Shown here piece by piece: positions 13,380-26,613 of a stretch of DNA of 64,000 bases. The stretch is from Eledone cirrhosa (lineage: Eukaryota). The first letter of the stretch is position 1; each line of letters opens with the position of its first letter. The stretch lies in the NCBI GenBank assembly GCA_964016885.1, contig OZ024743.1, positions 283,898,001-283,962,000 of the forward strand, read 5' to 3'. The position numbers and the translations under genes are program-made. A model generated the notes under the pieces. That model saw only the letters and a program-made list of their open reading frames with translations. It searched no databases and had not been told where the DNA came from.

Positions 13380-15027
13380 GGAGCAAATTTTAACAATTGG
13401 CAACTGGAGCATTACTGCCCTAACAGTCAGGGAGCAGGAACTAATGGAAGAGGCCAAATGTTACTGACCAGATATAATTGAGGTTTCTTCAACAAAGTTT
13501 CATGGCTCTGGTACTATAGATTTGGTTTGAGGGTGGAAATAATACTATTCAGTTCTGGTGCCAGAAATGAGTGCACAGGCATGAGTGGGGACACTCACAA
13601 GCCACCGTTTGTCAGAATGTGTTATGGCCAAAAAAGAAGGTCTCTGGGAAAGATGCAATTTATGCACCAAACGGAGAGCCTGAATACAGATATTTCTTTG
13701 ATGAAATTACTGCAGCATTAGTTGTAGTTAAGCCTGAGTCATATATCCTAATGGGAGACTTCAATGCACATGTTGGCACAAATTATCTAACATGGAAAGG
13801 AATATTTGGAAGGAATGGCCATTCCAATCTAAATGTGAATGGATAGGCCTTATTAAACATCTGTTCTAGTAATGTACTCATTATTATAAACATCTTCATC
13901 CAGCACAAGGATATACATAAGTATACATGGTATAAGAAAAATCAGGGAGTGATCAGTAATTGATTTTTTTTATTGTTTCTGAACTCTTCAGTTTTGTGCT
14001 GGCTGGTTGGATGTTCATGTTAAGAGAAGAGCTGAGCTGTCAACTGATCACCATCTAGTTATCTGCAACCTTAGACTACCTAAAGCCAGGAAAACCCACA
14101 ATACTGGCAAGTCCAGCTAAACCTACAGGATAAAATAGGAATCACCAGCTGATGAGTAAGTCAGAACCAGGTAGGTGGATACTATTGCATCCAAATTCAG
14201 TGAATCCTCTAAACAAACTGAGGACATTGAATTGGAGTAAAGACTGTTCAGCTTGGCAGTTTCTGCTTCAGCTGTTAAATGCTGCAAGTAAAAGTGGCTC
14301 AGTGAGATGTCATGTGGCAGGAGAATCCCTTGGTTCAATCAGGAAATTAACGAAGCAATCTGCGCAAAGAAGGTGGCTTATGAAACTTGTCTTGGAAATA
14401 AGTTTTCTTTCTTGCATTTGCGGTACAAGCAAGTGTGAAAACTCAAGGCAGAAGCAGTAAAGGTATCCAAGGTTAAGACATGGGAGGACTTTGTTGTTAA
14501 GCCGGAATTGAACTTTGGATCAACACCAGACCATCCACTAACATCGTAATAAGAAGACCCCTTGACACCTGCTATCAGGAACGCATCTGGTGTTCTCCTC
14601 TCTTTAGAAAAGTGCATCCTTGCGAGATAGAGAGAATACTTTGCTGATCTCCTAAATCCAGTCACAATATCTTCTGATGTACATGCAGTATTTCTAGAAG
14701 TGAAGACTAACCTCTCTGAGGCTGAGGTCACCAGAGCAATTAAAGAGCTCAAATAAGACCTATGGGGAGGATAAAATTCAGCCCGAAATGTTAAAAGCCT
14801 TAAATGGAGAAAGTATTTTCTGGCTGATTCATGTGTGTCAGGTGGCCTGGATCTCTGGAAAAGCACCTAAGCAATGGCAATTAGGAATAATAATCCCAAT
14901 TTTCAAAAAAGGAGACAAGAGAGATTGCTTTGATTATAGAGGAATCCTCTTGCTAAGCCTCCCCGGAAAAGTCTATGCTAGGTGTCTGGCAAAAAAATGG
15001 AGGTATATTGTTGAGTCCAAGCTAGCT
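13380..15027 (+). mobile_element. Decayed Rex3/Expander-like RTE, endonuclease to start of RT
   Basis: YAPN...MGDFNAHVG, LSTDHHLV, IIIPIFKKGDKRDCFDYRGILLLSLPGKVY; many stops and frameshifts. Confidence 0.8.
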
Positions 15028-15029
15028 TA

Positions 15030-15740
15030 CAACAGATATATTTAACAAAAAGACAGGCTCAACAATATTTGAGCTTTTATTCATGCCACCCCTCACCAAA
15101 TGGAACATTCCATATTGCTTGGCAAGATAAATATATGCAATAGTGGTTGATCTAGAACTACAACGAATTTGTCTTGAGTTCTTTTTTTTTTTTTGTCCCC
15201 TGAATTCAATAGATGGCAGGAGTAAAAAGACAAAAAATCTGGGTATATCTAAACATAGGATTCGTAAACAAAATATTGAAGAAGATATTGTTCTGTTTGT
15301 CAACACTTATCCAAGAGTACCAAACATATTTGCCATCATTAAGTCAAACCTGCCAATCATGTTCCAAAGTACAAAAACCTCAATCATCAACTTCAAACAA
15401 CAACCAAAGAACCTCAAAAACACCGCAAAAGGATAAAATTTATATTAAAAAATAATTCCAAATTTTCTGCTAAAACATGTAGAGATAGCAGATGCAGTAG
15501 TGGCATTTGTGTCTATTTGAAAACTGGTTCCAAGATGAAATTTAAAAAACGGGGAATCCTTTAAAATAAATGCAGAAATGAACTGCAAAAACAGAAATTA
15601 TGATATACTGAATAGCCAGTATCAGCTGCAAAGAAAATTATATCAGTCAAACTGGTAACTATTTGTGTGAGTACATAAACAATAAATACAAAAGCCAAAA
15701 CTTAGGGAAATCCATTAAGCGAACATTTTGAAATTTGCAG
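15030..15740 (+). mobile_element. Penelope-like element remnant (RT C-terminus to GIY-YIG linker)
   Basis: FVNTYPRVPNIFAIIKSNLPI...IINFKQQPKNLK, then a C..C linker, FKINAEMNCK and CKENYISQTG, resembling PLE GIY-YIG regions; heavily decayed. Confidence 0.6.
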
Positions 15741-16099
15741 GAACAGCAAATTCAAAACCTGTTTGTTCCGATATTTGGTGGTTTCTTTGGTTGACACTAC
15801 CACTACGATGGTTGATATTCAAAAGCAAGGAGGCAATGACTGCTGCTATGGATCACACTATCCAAAATTGCATATGCTTGAAGTTTGGGACCACCTGGAA
15901 AAACCTTATTTCCAATGAAACTCCATCATGTCTCCACATGCAAATCAGAATACAAAATAATGATTCTACAGTATCTAAGGGAGCCAATGTGCATGTTCCA
16001 CCAGCAGAGCAAGTGAAAAATGTGTAAGGTTGACTGTTAGCCCATAGGGAAAGATATTTCTTCACATACTGGATTGAACATTCAAAGCTGTAGAAAGGC

Positions 16100-17670
16100 A
16101 AATAATAACCATATGTACATTACATCAGTACAACAGAAATATCTCTCAGAAGTGAGATTACCAGGTTCTGGCCATCAATCTTTTAGGCGTCCTCAATCTT
16201 CAGTCAACTATCACTTGTATCATATTGCATTGATGATGATTCTAAGTGGCACAATGTAGCCTTTTCCTTCAAGAAGGCCAATGGACCTTTGTTGCGTTGG
16301 GAGTACATATCTCCCTACTTAGATTGAATCCATCTAAAGTTTGCAGTTGATAACAATGGAGATTGCTTCATAAACTTTCCTACAGTGAATCAGTTGATGA
16401 TAGCTTTCACCTGGTTCAAAAACCTAAAAAAAAAAACTTGGTCACATGATATTTGAATAACAGCTTCACAGCCAATCAAATCAACTATCTCATTATTTGA
16501 TCTTGCTGGGCCTGCTGTATACTTGACTGCTCATTTTACTGTGGTGCTGAAAGGGACGGCAAAAATGACTCAGTTCATATTTTGTTATTGGTGAAACTTT
16601 GCATGCATTTAAGGGCCTACAAACCATCTAAAAAGTCCCTAAAGTATGATATTGCAAAGGTGAAATATAGCAACAGCACTATGCATTGTTAGTTAGAGCT
16701 TTGTAACCATTTTGATTGTTTGGATATTTCAGATCAAACTGAAGCCATAGCCAAAAATGAGTGGTACAACATTAATCACCACGTACAAAAGGCAGCAACT
16801 CAAGGATTAGTGTAGTCAAAAGGTTTGGATCTCAGTCTATACAATAACACTTGCTGAAAGGTCCAAATGTGCTCTAAAAATAGGACTGCTAATTATTGTC
16901 TTCTCAGAAGGCAGACAGTTTGCTCTGCTGGCACTGATCACAATGAATACTGGAATATGGAACATGTGGCTTCTGCCAGAGAGTCACAGAAGTAGTTCCA
17001 ACATCTAAAATCAAGCACAAAGAGATGTCCAAACACAAATGAAATCATCCTTGATGCCCAGGGTACAGTTATCTCAAACCTAGATAAGCATCTCAGCCAA
17101 TGGTGTGGCGATTTTGGACATCTGCTCAATTCTGTCATGGTCCTTTAGGTGCATTATATGATCACATCCATCTCGGACATGGAATCGTCTCTTCCACAAG
17201 ATTGGAGTGATGGCAGTTCTCTCTTTCTTTCTTCAAGAAAGGTGATAGGCATTGTTCCAATAACACATGGGGCGTAACTTTGATAGATATTATAGCCAAG
17301 ATATTCACCATCCTTCTATGAATATTTCAACATGAGCAGAATCAATTTACCTAGCTAAATCAGTGTGATTTTTCATTACAGTTTAAGCTGCACAAATCAA
17401 ATCTTCATGAGGTTTCTGGGTCAAGGCTATAGCTACCGGCAACAAACTACTACCTTTTTTGTGGACTTTGTGGAATCCTTTGGTTCTATTAACTGCATCT
17501 CAGTCTGGGATATCATGATTTCAGATAGACTGATTGTGAAGCTGTTGAACCTAATTAAAGCATACTATAGCTCTCTATGAGCATGGGTTCACTATTATGA
17601 TAAGGAATCTGACCCCTTTCATATTTACTCAGGTGCCTGGCAGGGCTGTGCTCTATCTCCAAACTGTATA
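16100..17670 (+). mobile_element. Ancient decayed RTE-like LINE
   Basis: LSEVRLPGSG (EN), FFKKGD, FVDFVESFGSI and GAWQGCALSP remnants in the expected order. Confidence 0.6.
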
Positions 17671-18079
17671 ATAGAACTCACTGAAAGGTCCATTTGTGCC
17701 CCAAAGAATAGGACTACTAATTATTGGCTTTTCAGAAGGCTCAGCTCATGATCACAAGGTCATGAGTTTGATTACTGACAGCAGATTGTGTCCCTAATAG
17801 CAGTATTTCAACCAACTAAAAATAAAGTCCAGCACCTGGTATTAGACTTTCAGGATCTGATTCACAATGACTTATGTCACATAGGCAATGAGGCTTCAAA
17901 TATCTGTGGAGAAACCTTGTGAGAATAGAGGCATGTGACAAGAGCTTCTACAATTGTCAATTTAAAGTCAACATATCTGCAGCTCTATGTGGTTGAGAAA
18001 CTGTGGCGGTATCAGCAGGGATTTTGGCTAAATCCAGCATCAAACATCATGGTGATGATTCTCAGATGATTCTAGGTAA

Positions 18080-18380
18080 GATGGAAAAAAAGGAGACCTC
18101 TAATTCCTACATAGATGACATCTTAGTGGATTAGACGGTTGTGTCAGCAGCAGAGCTTACAGGCTATCTAAGGAGATTTGGATTGACCTCAAAACCACCA
18201 GAATCAATGGAAGGGGGTAGTGTGCTGGGCTTCAAGCTGAGGCAAGTAGGCAAGCTGGTGTTCCAAAGAGGAAATGGGATCCCAGAACTGAGTGATAGCA
18301 TAATAGGCAAGAACTTTTCTCACTGTCAAGGAGGTTGATGAGCTACTACCCTATTTCTGGATGGCTTCAAACAGCATGTA
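18080..18380 (+). mobile_element. Possible LTR-retrotransposon RT remnant
   Basis: YIDDILVD followed by LRRFGLTSKPPE..VLGFKL and YYPISGWLQTAC. Confidence 0.4.
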
Positions 18381-18399
18381 ACCATTGTAGTTGTAGTTG

Positions 18400-18915
18400 T
18401 TGTTCTTCTTCTTCTTTGCTCACTTATTTCTGGGAGGGTTGTGCAGGTAGAATCCTCAAATACACCTTCCAGTGGGTCCACTCAGAAGCAACTGTCTCCA
18501 ACCAATTGATCCAGCTGGATCTCCAAGCGAGACTAACCAAGCTCATAGCTGTTATCCACCCTATCCAACCATCTTTCTCATGTTCTACCTCTGGTTGGTT
18601 ATGCCTGTAAAATCTGTTTCCAATTAATCTGGCTGGATCTCGAAGTGCAACCAGTTGAGCTTATAGATGTTATCCAACCATCTATCTCAGAGTTTACCAT
18701 AATAATATATCCAGCGATTCTTCCCTGAGACATTCTGACCACATGTCTGTAGTATTAGAGCTGTGATTTCTTAATTCAGGGAAGTAGCGGTTCTACCTGG
18801 AGTGACTATCTAATTTCCGAGTTACACACTCTATTGAGTAATTTTACTCCAAAGACTCTGCAGAGGAACTCCATTTCAGCTGCTTGTATTCGCGATCATA
18901 TTCTTTCAGTCATTA
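18400..18915 (-). mobile_element. Rex3-like RTE 3' end with an internal duplication
   Basis: Minus-strand SRIQAAEMEFL..LQVEPLL..HVVRMSQGR; homologous to 39735-40110; (GAA)n/(CAA)n tail. Confidence 0.65.
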
Positions 18916-19679
18916 CCCAAGATACAAAATGCTTTGTGGTATTCAGGGGCAATGGAAGCATTTCTGAATTTGAAGGCAACGGAGGGGGATTTGGTCAATT
19001 TAGTTGTAGTGATTAGTTCACCTGTTATTATCAAATACCATCCAAGATATAAAAAAACTTTGATATGCGATAAACATAACATATACATAAATTGTAGCAC
19101 ATATACAAACAGATGTGTATTTTGGTAGTTTGGGGACAAAAATATAATTATTGAGGGGGGGGGGGGCACCCCAGTTCCACTGCTCCTGTATTTAGTTACA
19201 TCTTTTTATGTTCTGAGTTCAAATCCCAAATTTGCTTTTCATCCTTTTGGGATTGATAAAATAAAGTAGCAGTTAAGTACTGAGGCTGTCATAATCAACT
19301 TTCCTCTTCCCCTTAATTTCTGTGTCAATGCTAGAGAGAAGGAATTATTACTAGATTTTTCTCTTTCTCCCTTTCTCTCCTTTACTTTCTATACTATTCT
19401 TTCTTTCCTTTAATTCTCTCTGCTTTTATTGTTTTTATTTTATTGTTAGTATTTTTATATTGGCTACATGTTTTATTATGTTTCAAAATTTTCTTGAAAA
19501 TATCTGTATCTGGAAGATAGAGAATTGTCTGAAGAACTGAAAGCAGTTAGTGTTGGATCATGTGAGATGGAAAGGTTTTATCATGTCACTACAAAGAAGT
19601 AAATGAATTTAGTAGTTAGTTAGTAGGAATAGAACTAGTGATGATGATGATGATGATGACAACAATGATGATGATGATA

Positions 19680-20099
19680 AGTTTCAAATTTAGGCACAAG
19701 GCCAGCAATTTTGGGGGAGGGCAAAAGTCGATTAAATCGACACCAGTACATTACTGGTGCTTATTTTATTGACCCCGTAAAGATGAAAGGCAAAGTTAAT
19801 CTCAGTGGGATTTGAACTCAGAACGTAAAGGGCTAAACTCTATGCTGCTAAGAATGTTGTCTGACGCTCCACCAATACTGCCAATCCATTGCCTTTATGT
19901 TGATGATAATAATTGTTTCTACTTTTGGCACAAGGCCAGCAATTACCCAGTACATTACTGGTACTTTATTTTATCGACCCCGTAAGGATGAAAGGCAAAG
20001 TTAACCTTGGCGGGATTTGAACTCAGAATGGAAAGGGCCGTAACTCTATGCCTTAAAGCATGGCGTCCGACCCTCTAGCGATACTGCCAATCCACCGCC
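19680..20099 (-). mobile_element. Two tandem Nin/Deu-domain tRNA-SINEs (19680-19893, 19911-20099)
   Basis: Head GGCGGTGGATTGGCAG, B box GAGTTCAAATCCC, central CTTTGCCTTTCATCCTTACGGGGTCGATAAAATAAAGTACCAG, tail GGCCTTGTGCC..AGAAACAATT. Confidence 0.8.
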
Positions 20100-20392
20100 A
20101 TTAATGATGATGATTTCAACAATCTGGCAAAATGACTATGGGGATATATCAATTTTTTTTCTTGATCATGTATTTGTGATGCATTTCATTGTGGGTTAAC
20201 TAGGATTTTGCAGCAATGTATTATTTAGCAACTCATATCAGCAAAACTAAATACTAGAACTACCAACTAGAAAATTATTAAAACATGCTCTACTATTTTA
20301 TATAAAACATTTTAAGATGATAGATTGAAATTTCAAGGAAATTTGGTTGCTATATCTATCAAAAACAAAGACTGGGGTTATAGGACTTGATC

Positions 20393-21175
20393 TCATCATC
20401 ATCATCATCATTATCATTACCGTTTAACATCCATTTTTCCACACTAGCATGGATTAGATGAGTTGTCCTGTTGTGAGACAAGTCAGATCAGATAACCATG
20501 TCTTGCTCATACAGAACTGTTTTTGGCTTGGTTTCTATGGCTGAATGCCCTTCCTAATGCCAACCACATTTACAGGATGGACTGAGTGCTTTTTGTCATG
20601 TCACCAACATGAACACCTTACGGAGAGGGCTGGGTGCTATTTTGTCATATCACCAGCATGAGCATCTTACATGGTAGATTAGGGGCTTTTATTATGTCAC
20701 CAGCATGACCACCTTACAGGGTGGAGTGGGAGCTTTTAGCCATTTCAGCAGCATTGTGTATGGGGGGGGGGGCTTGTCCATCTTTCTATGCTTGTATGCA
20801 TGGGTTGGACAAGAGAGGTGTATCAGATGTGGAAGGTGATGAGGTTAAGGGAAGGTGTGTTTTATGTATGCAGGATGGGGATTGCAAATATAGGTCTATG
20901 GTGAGGTACTTAGCTGGTGAAAAGTGGAGTGTTAAGATATGTGAGGTGTAGACAAAGTGCTCTTTGTCATGGCAGCAAGTAGAGGGGGTTCATTTTACCC
21001 AGGTACTTACTTCTCATTGATTTGTCTCAAAAGGAAGAGGGCATCAGTGGTACTTTTACCTGGCACAGATCTGAACTGCATCTCATCTAGGTTAATTCGG
21101 TCCCTAATCAGCCATGCAATAACTCTTTCTGTAACTTTCATGACTATGTTCGTTAATTTGATGCCCCTATTATTG
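20393..21175 (-). mobile_element. Internally deleted RTE fragment with 3' tail
   Basis: NRGIKL..MKVTERVIA..DEMQF..GKSTTDALF (ORF 21007-21198), plus the RTE tail and (GAT)n. Confidence 0.8.
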
Positions 21176-21391
21176 CTTTCCATAAATAAATTTGACAAAA
21201 ATCTTTATCATTTTCTTTCCTGTTCTTTTCTTGATTCTCTATATGTAAAGTAAAATCCAGGTTTTGACATCTGATGTAATACTGTTCTAAAAAAAGTAGA
21301 TGATTTCAAATACCTTGGTGCAAATACCAAGTCATTAAATGATATAAACAACAGGATAGCACAAACATGGTTTGCTGTGAACATACTAGAT

Positions 21392-21732
21392 ATCATCATC
21401 ATCATCATCATTTTATGTCCACTTTTCCCTGCTTGCAAGGGTGGGACGGGAACTGATTCTGGCTTGATTTCTACAGCTGGATGCCCTTCCTAACACCAAC
21501 CTCATTTACAGTGAGTGCTGGGTGGTTTTTGAAGTGGCACCTACACAACCACTTTGCAATGGAATGATAGGGACCCCAGTCCCTATCATCTCGTTTCTAC
21601 AGCTGAGTAAACTGGAGCAATGTGAAATAAAGTGTCTTGCTCAAGGAAACAACACAATACCCGGTCTGAGAATTTAACTCACAACCTTTCGATTGCAAGG
21701 CCAATGCTCTAACCACTCAGCCATGTGCCTCC
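21392..21732 (-). mobile_element. CORE-type SINE, copy 3, inserted in an older RTE remnant (~21190-22210, +)
   Basis: Near-identical to 4832-5176. The host remnant shows VDDFKYLG, and its 3' end (22085-22210) is repeated at 19520-19678. Confidence 0.85.
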
Positions 21733-22368
21733 ATAGATAATATATGGAAATCTAACATAACCACAAAAACAAAAGTTAGATAATTTAAAGTTACAGTGGA
21801 ATAAATCTTACTGTATTCCTGTGAATCATAGTCAATCATAATACCTATCAACAAAGCTTTAGATGGTTGCTGCACCAAAATGCTAGAAGAATAAAAACCA
21901 TCAAACCTTTCAACCGTGTTACAAACAAAATTCTCTGCCTCCCACCCATTAGCCATCTCCAGCTTGCAGGTCATTTCATGAGAGGTTAAAATCTGCTAAA
22001 AAACTTTAACTATGGGAGCCCACAAAGATGAAATGCAAACACAGAAGACCTCTCAAGACATTAGAAAGAGTCATTGAGGAAGATATAGAATTGTCCAGTG
22101 AAGAACTGAAGCAGTTAATGTTGGATCGTGTGAGATGGAAAGGTTTTATCATGTTATCACAAAGAAGTGGCTGAATTTTGTAGTAATAGAACTAGTGATG
22201 ATGATGATGAGTTTGGGGACATTTTAAGCATTCCTTTTGGTGTCTGGAATCTTAAAATGGTTTACCTCGCCTACTCTATGTGATCACTCACTCTACTAGA
22301 AATAGCAAGAAAATCACTCTCAATATATGCTCCATAATTTTATAAAAGGAAAGTTTACATTAGATAAT

Positions 22369-22553
22369 TGTTTCTACTTTAGGCACAAGGCCAGCAATTA
22401 CCCAGTGCATTACTGGTACTTTATTTTATCGACCCCGTAAGGATGAAAGGCAAAGTCAACCTCGGCGGGATTTGAATTCAGATCGTAAAGGGACGTAACT
22501 ATGCTGGAAAGCATAGCGTCCGACCCTCTACTGATACTGCCAATCCACCGCCC
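22369..22553 (-). mobile_element. Full-length Nin-type SINE with a 15-bp target-site duplication
   Basis: TTTACATTAGATAAT at 22354-22368 and 22554-22568. Confidence 0.9.
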
Positions 22554-25506
22554 TTTACATTAGATAATGTTGTCCTTGATACACCAAATATGACAGAATG
22601 ATCATGGCTAGAATGAATTTGATTAGGCTTGACTTGTGGCTAAACAACAATAACAACAGGTGTGTAGAAACAAACTGGACAGTGGCATATGATTTAATTA
22701 TTGCATGCTATAGTATACAGTATGGTTCTCAGAGTTATGTTATATATAGAAAAATAGACCTGTGGGTCACATATAATCATTTGACTGATTACCTATATAT
22801 CAGAAGTATAAGCTGATCTAGGATGATATAATGTAAGATTATATATAAAAATTAAAAAAACCCTGACATCTAGTTCCTTGACATTAAATATTTTAATACA
22901 AACAGCATGCCACATTTAAGAGCAGCACATGGAAATTTTATTAACTCTTTGCCAGCAATAAGTTTCATAAAATCTTATGTTAGGTAAGTCACACTTACAC
23001 CACAATTATCCATAGACTAACTAAAGAATTGGGAGGAACCCTCAGCTGTGTCAAAGACCTAGTGTTGGTGATTTATATGATAAATGCACCCAATACACTC
23101 TGTAACATGGTTGATGATAGGAAGGGCATCCAACTTTAGAAAACCTGCCAAACAAAGGACCAGGAGGGTTATTTGGTTGTATCAAAGACATGACAACCTC
23201 CCTAGTACTGGGGTCATGATAAAATGTACTTGGTAGAGTGTGGGAACATTTTGTAAGTGAGATGCAGGTCCCTGGTTTGCCTGAGTAAAGTAAGTGAGAT
23301 GAAGGCATCTGGTCCAGCTGAAAGGTCAATAGCTTTGCTTGAGTATTAACTCAGTCTGTGATGATCTGTACAATCCTTGCTAGCAGGAAAAACAGACATT
23401 AAATGTTGATGATGATGATGACTAGACTGGTGAACACCATCTTAGGATATACCCTGCTGGCAGTTTTGATGTATAATAGAGAAGATGATTGCAATCATGG
23501 AAGATGAGGAAGACATCATGATAGGAGGGGATTTGAATGGACATGTGAGAAGGTATATGGATTGTTTTAAAGGAGTCCATGAGAGCTATGAATATAGTGT
23601 GAAGAATGAAGAGGAGGGAAAGGATTTTAGAGTTTATTGATTGAGCTGAGATGTCAATCAGTAATAAACAATTCCAGAAAGAAGACAGCTAACTCTGTAT
23701 GTACACATCAGGTGAATCATCATCAATTATTGACTTCCTGATAGTATGTAGGTGAGACATGAAGAACCTTCATAATACAAAGGTAATCCCAGGGAAGGAG
23801 GTATTACACAGTACCATCTATTTGTTTGAGACTTGAGGGTGAAAGGTGGGAGAAAGCTCAGTGGAAGAAATATGAACCAAGGCTGAAGGTGTGGAGATTA
23901 AAAGAAGCAGCAGCGAGGGAGGCGCTAAACTGAGTATGTTAGAACATGACACAAATGAACTTGAGAATGCTTGGAACTATTTGAAAGATAGGTTGTTAGG
24001 AATAGTTGATGGTGTGTGTGGATGGACAAAAGGACCATCATCATGGTGTGATGATGAAGTTTGAAAGAGTACTGATGAGAAAAGGGTAAGGTTCAGAGAA
24101 TGGCAGAGAACAAGGGGTATGGTAGCAGAAGAGGCAGCTCATCAAGGCAGTTGCAAAGAAAGAAGTGGAAAGAACACAATAGAAGAATGTACAGAGAATG
24201 AATGGATTCAGAGCAGGGTCAGAGAGAAGTGTTTAAAACTGCAAGACAGTTAGAGTGAGAGAGAGAGATGTGTGATGTCATGTGACAAAGAGAGTGAACT
24301 ACTTGAAGGGTGAAGTGAGAGAAATTGGTGTAAACTTGAATGAAATTAAGGTAAGTGGAACAGATATATGGAGAGATTGTTGAATTTGGAGAATTAATGG
24401 ATGGCAAAATAGAGAGCAACCCAGTTCTTGGACTGGCAGAGGAAATAGCTGAGGAATAAGTTGATGGTGTAGACAAATATGAAGAGTGGAAGGGTAAAGG
24501 GCTGGCAGGAGTTGTGGGAGATATGTTAATGGAGGCTGGAATTTGGGGTGTGAAAAAAATGAAAGAGACCTGTAGGTTGGTGATGAAAGAAGATCATATT
24601 CCAATGGAATGAAAGTTGAGTATTTTCACCTCTCGGTACAAGGGGAATCTTATATACTGTTGCTCATGTAGAGCAATTAAGGTGTTGAAACATGAAATAA
24701 AGATGTTGTAAAGAGTGTTGGAGAAGAGAATAAGGAAAAAAGCAAAACTTGATAAAATGCAGTTTGGATTTGTGCTGGGAGGAGGAACGACTGATACAAT
24801 TTTAATTGCAAAGCAGTAGTTACAGGAAAAGTACAGGAACATAAATAAGAATTGTGTTGGTTAATCTGGAGAAAGCTTTTGATGAGGTTCCACATGACAG
24901 AGTTATAGACATTAACAGAGTTTAAAGTGGAGGAATGGTTGGTTAGAGTAGTGATGACAATGTATGAGAAAGTACGTACAATCATAAGGAAGAAGGATAG
25001 GAACAGTGATGTATTTGAAGTGAAGGCTGTAGTGCTTTGGATATCAGTATTATACCCACTACTATTTGTAGTTGTGATGGAGGTACTTGCCTGAAGTGTA
25101 AAGAATGGTTTACCATGGGAGTTGCTGTATGTAGATGATCTAGTTTATATAATAGAGAGTAAAGATGGACTGAGGATGTAGAAGAATTAGTAAAAGGAGG
25201 CAAAAGTGAATATTGGAAAGACAAAGGTGATGGCAAGTGGTAAAGCATTTGGTGAGATGGAAAGAACAGAAAAGTGGCTGTGTGCAGTGTACAGGTATGG
25301 TGTTGGAATTAATTCCAATAAACGTATGATATGCGCTGGGTGGGTACATAAAAAATGTAGTGGCATGAAGGGATTATTAAATAAAGTAGCAGCTACATTT
25401 AAGTGTAAGGTGTGTATGGAGAGAACTACAGATGAAGAAACTGTTGAGTTGGATCTTGGGAATGTTGTGAAGATGAAAGGTGTCAAATTGTTTTATTACA
25501 TGGACG

Positions 25507-25934
25507 CCTGGCAACTGACTTGGTAAACACCCACAAAATTATTAACCATCTTGCCAACAACAACCCTGAGTACCTTTTTGATTTCCATGTGTCTAACACA
25601 CGTGGGCATGCTCACAAAGTCAGAAAACAGCACAGTTCCCATGACTTTCGGAAACATTTTTTCACGCTCAGAGTTGCTGAAGTATGGAACAAACTACCTG
25701 CATCAGTTGTTAGCTGTCGAAACACTGCATCCTTTAAAACCTCCATGCTTCCCGAGATTCGCCAACACTACACCTAATGTTCCCCCTCCATACACATACA
25801 CACATGTATATCATCACTCATACACTATTCACTTCCCTGACATTTGTATATTATTCTATGTACTATACATGCATCTTTGACGAGTTGTAGTGCACCTGAG
25901 CACTTTACACAATAATTTCATTATTTTATTATTA
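25507..25934 (+). mobile_element. CR1-type LINE 3' end
   Basis: TRGHAHKV..RKHFFTLRVAEVWNKLPASVV..FKT signature; (ATT)n-like tail. Confidence 0.8.
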
Positions 25935-26613
25935 TGTGATGCGTATGAAGGATGACAGCTGTATAAAAATGTGCTGAGCGCTCAAAGTTGATGGTAGCCA
26001 TGGAGTAGGCAGGCCTACTCACTAAGGTAATGACACAGGACCGTGACCTCTGGCGCTATGAAGTATTACAGAAGACCCGCCCTCTATTATTCTCAGGTTG
26101 AGGCGTATACCTAGAAGGCAACACCATTCCCTACCAACTCCCCTCCCATAAACCTACATCCCAAATTTCCCCAAGCATCTTCCCCACCCCTCCCAAGTTT
26201 CCAACCTCCTCTATAAAGTGATCCCCCCCCTGGAGCCACAACAAAAGAGCCAGCCCACACTATAGTGGTCATGTAGGTGTCATGACAAAAGTGAGCACTC
26301 AGTCCACACTGTAAAGTGGTTGTGTTGGTGTTACAATAAAATACACCCAGTACACTCTGTAAAGGAGTAGTGTTGATGTTACAACAAAAAGTGCCCGCTC
26401 CACACTGAAAAGTGGTCGTGTAGGCGACACTGCAAAAAAGCACCCAGCACACACTGTGGTTGGCGTTAGGAAGGGCATCCTCCCGTAGAAACAAAACCAA
26501 AATCAGTCGTGTGAGCGAATCACGGTCCCCCGACCTGATCCCAAAGGGACAGCACATCCTACCCATGCTAGCATGGTAGATGGACGTTAAACGATGATGA
26601 TGATGATGATGAT
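25935..26613 (+). mobile_element. RTE 3' end (young family) with an expanded 3'UTR tandem array
   Basis: VMRMKDDSCIK..GVGRP, about five ~43-bp units, conserved core and (GAT)n. Confidence 0.85.

Noticed and set aside
26230-26460. Regularly spaced ~43-bp repeats suggesting a CRISPR-like array (also 35390-35600)
   Set aside because: Degenerate tandem units of the RTE 3'UTR with no unique spacers; eukaryotic context and no cas genes.
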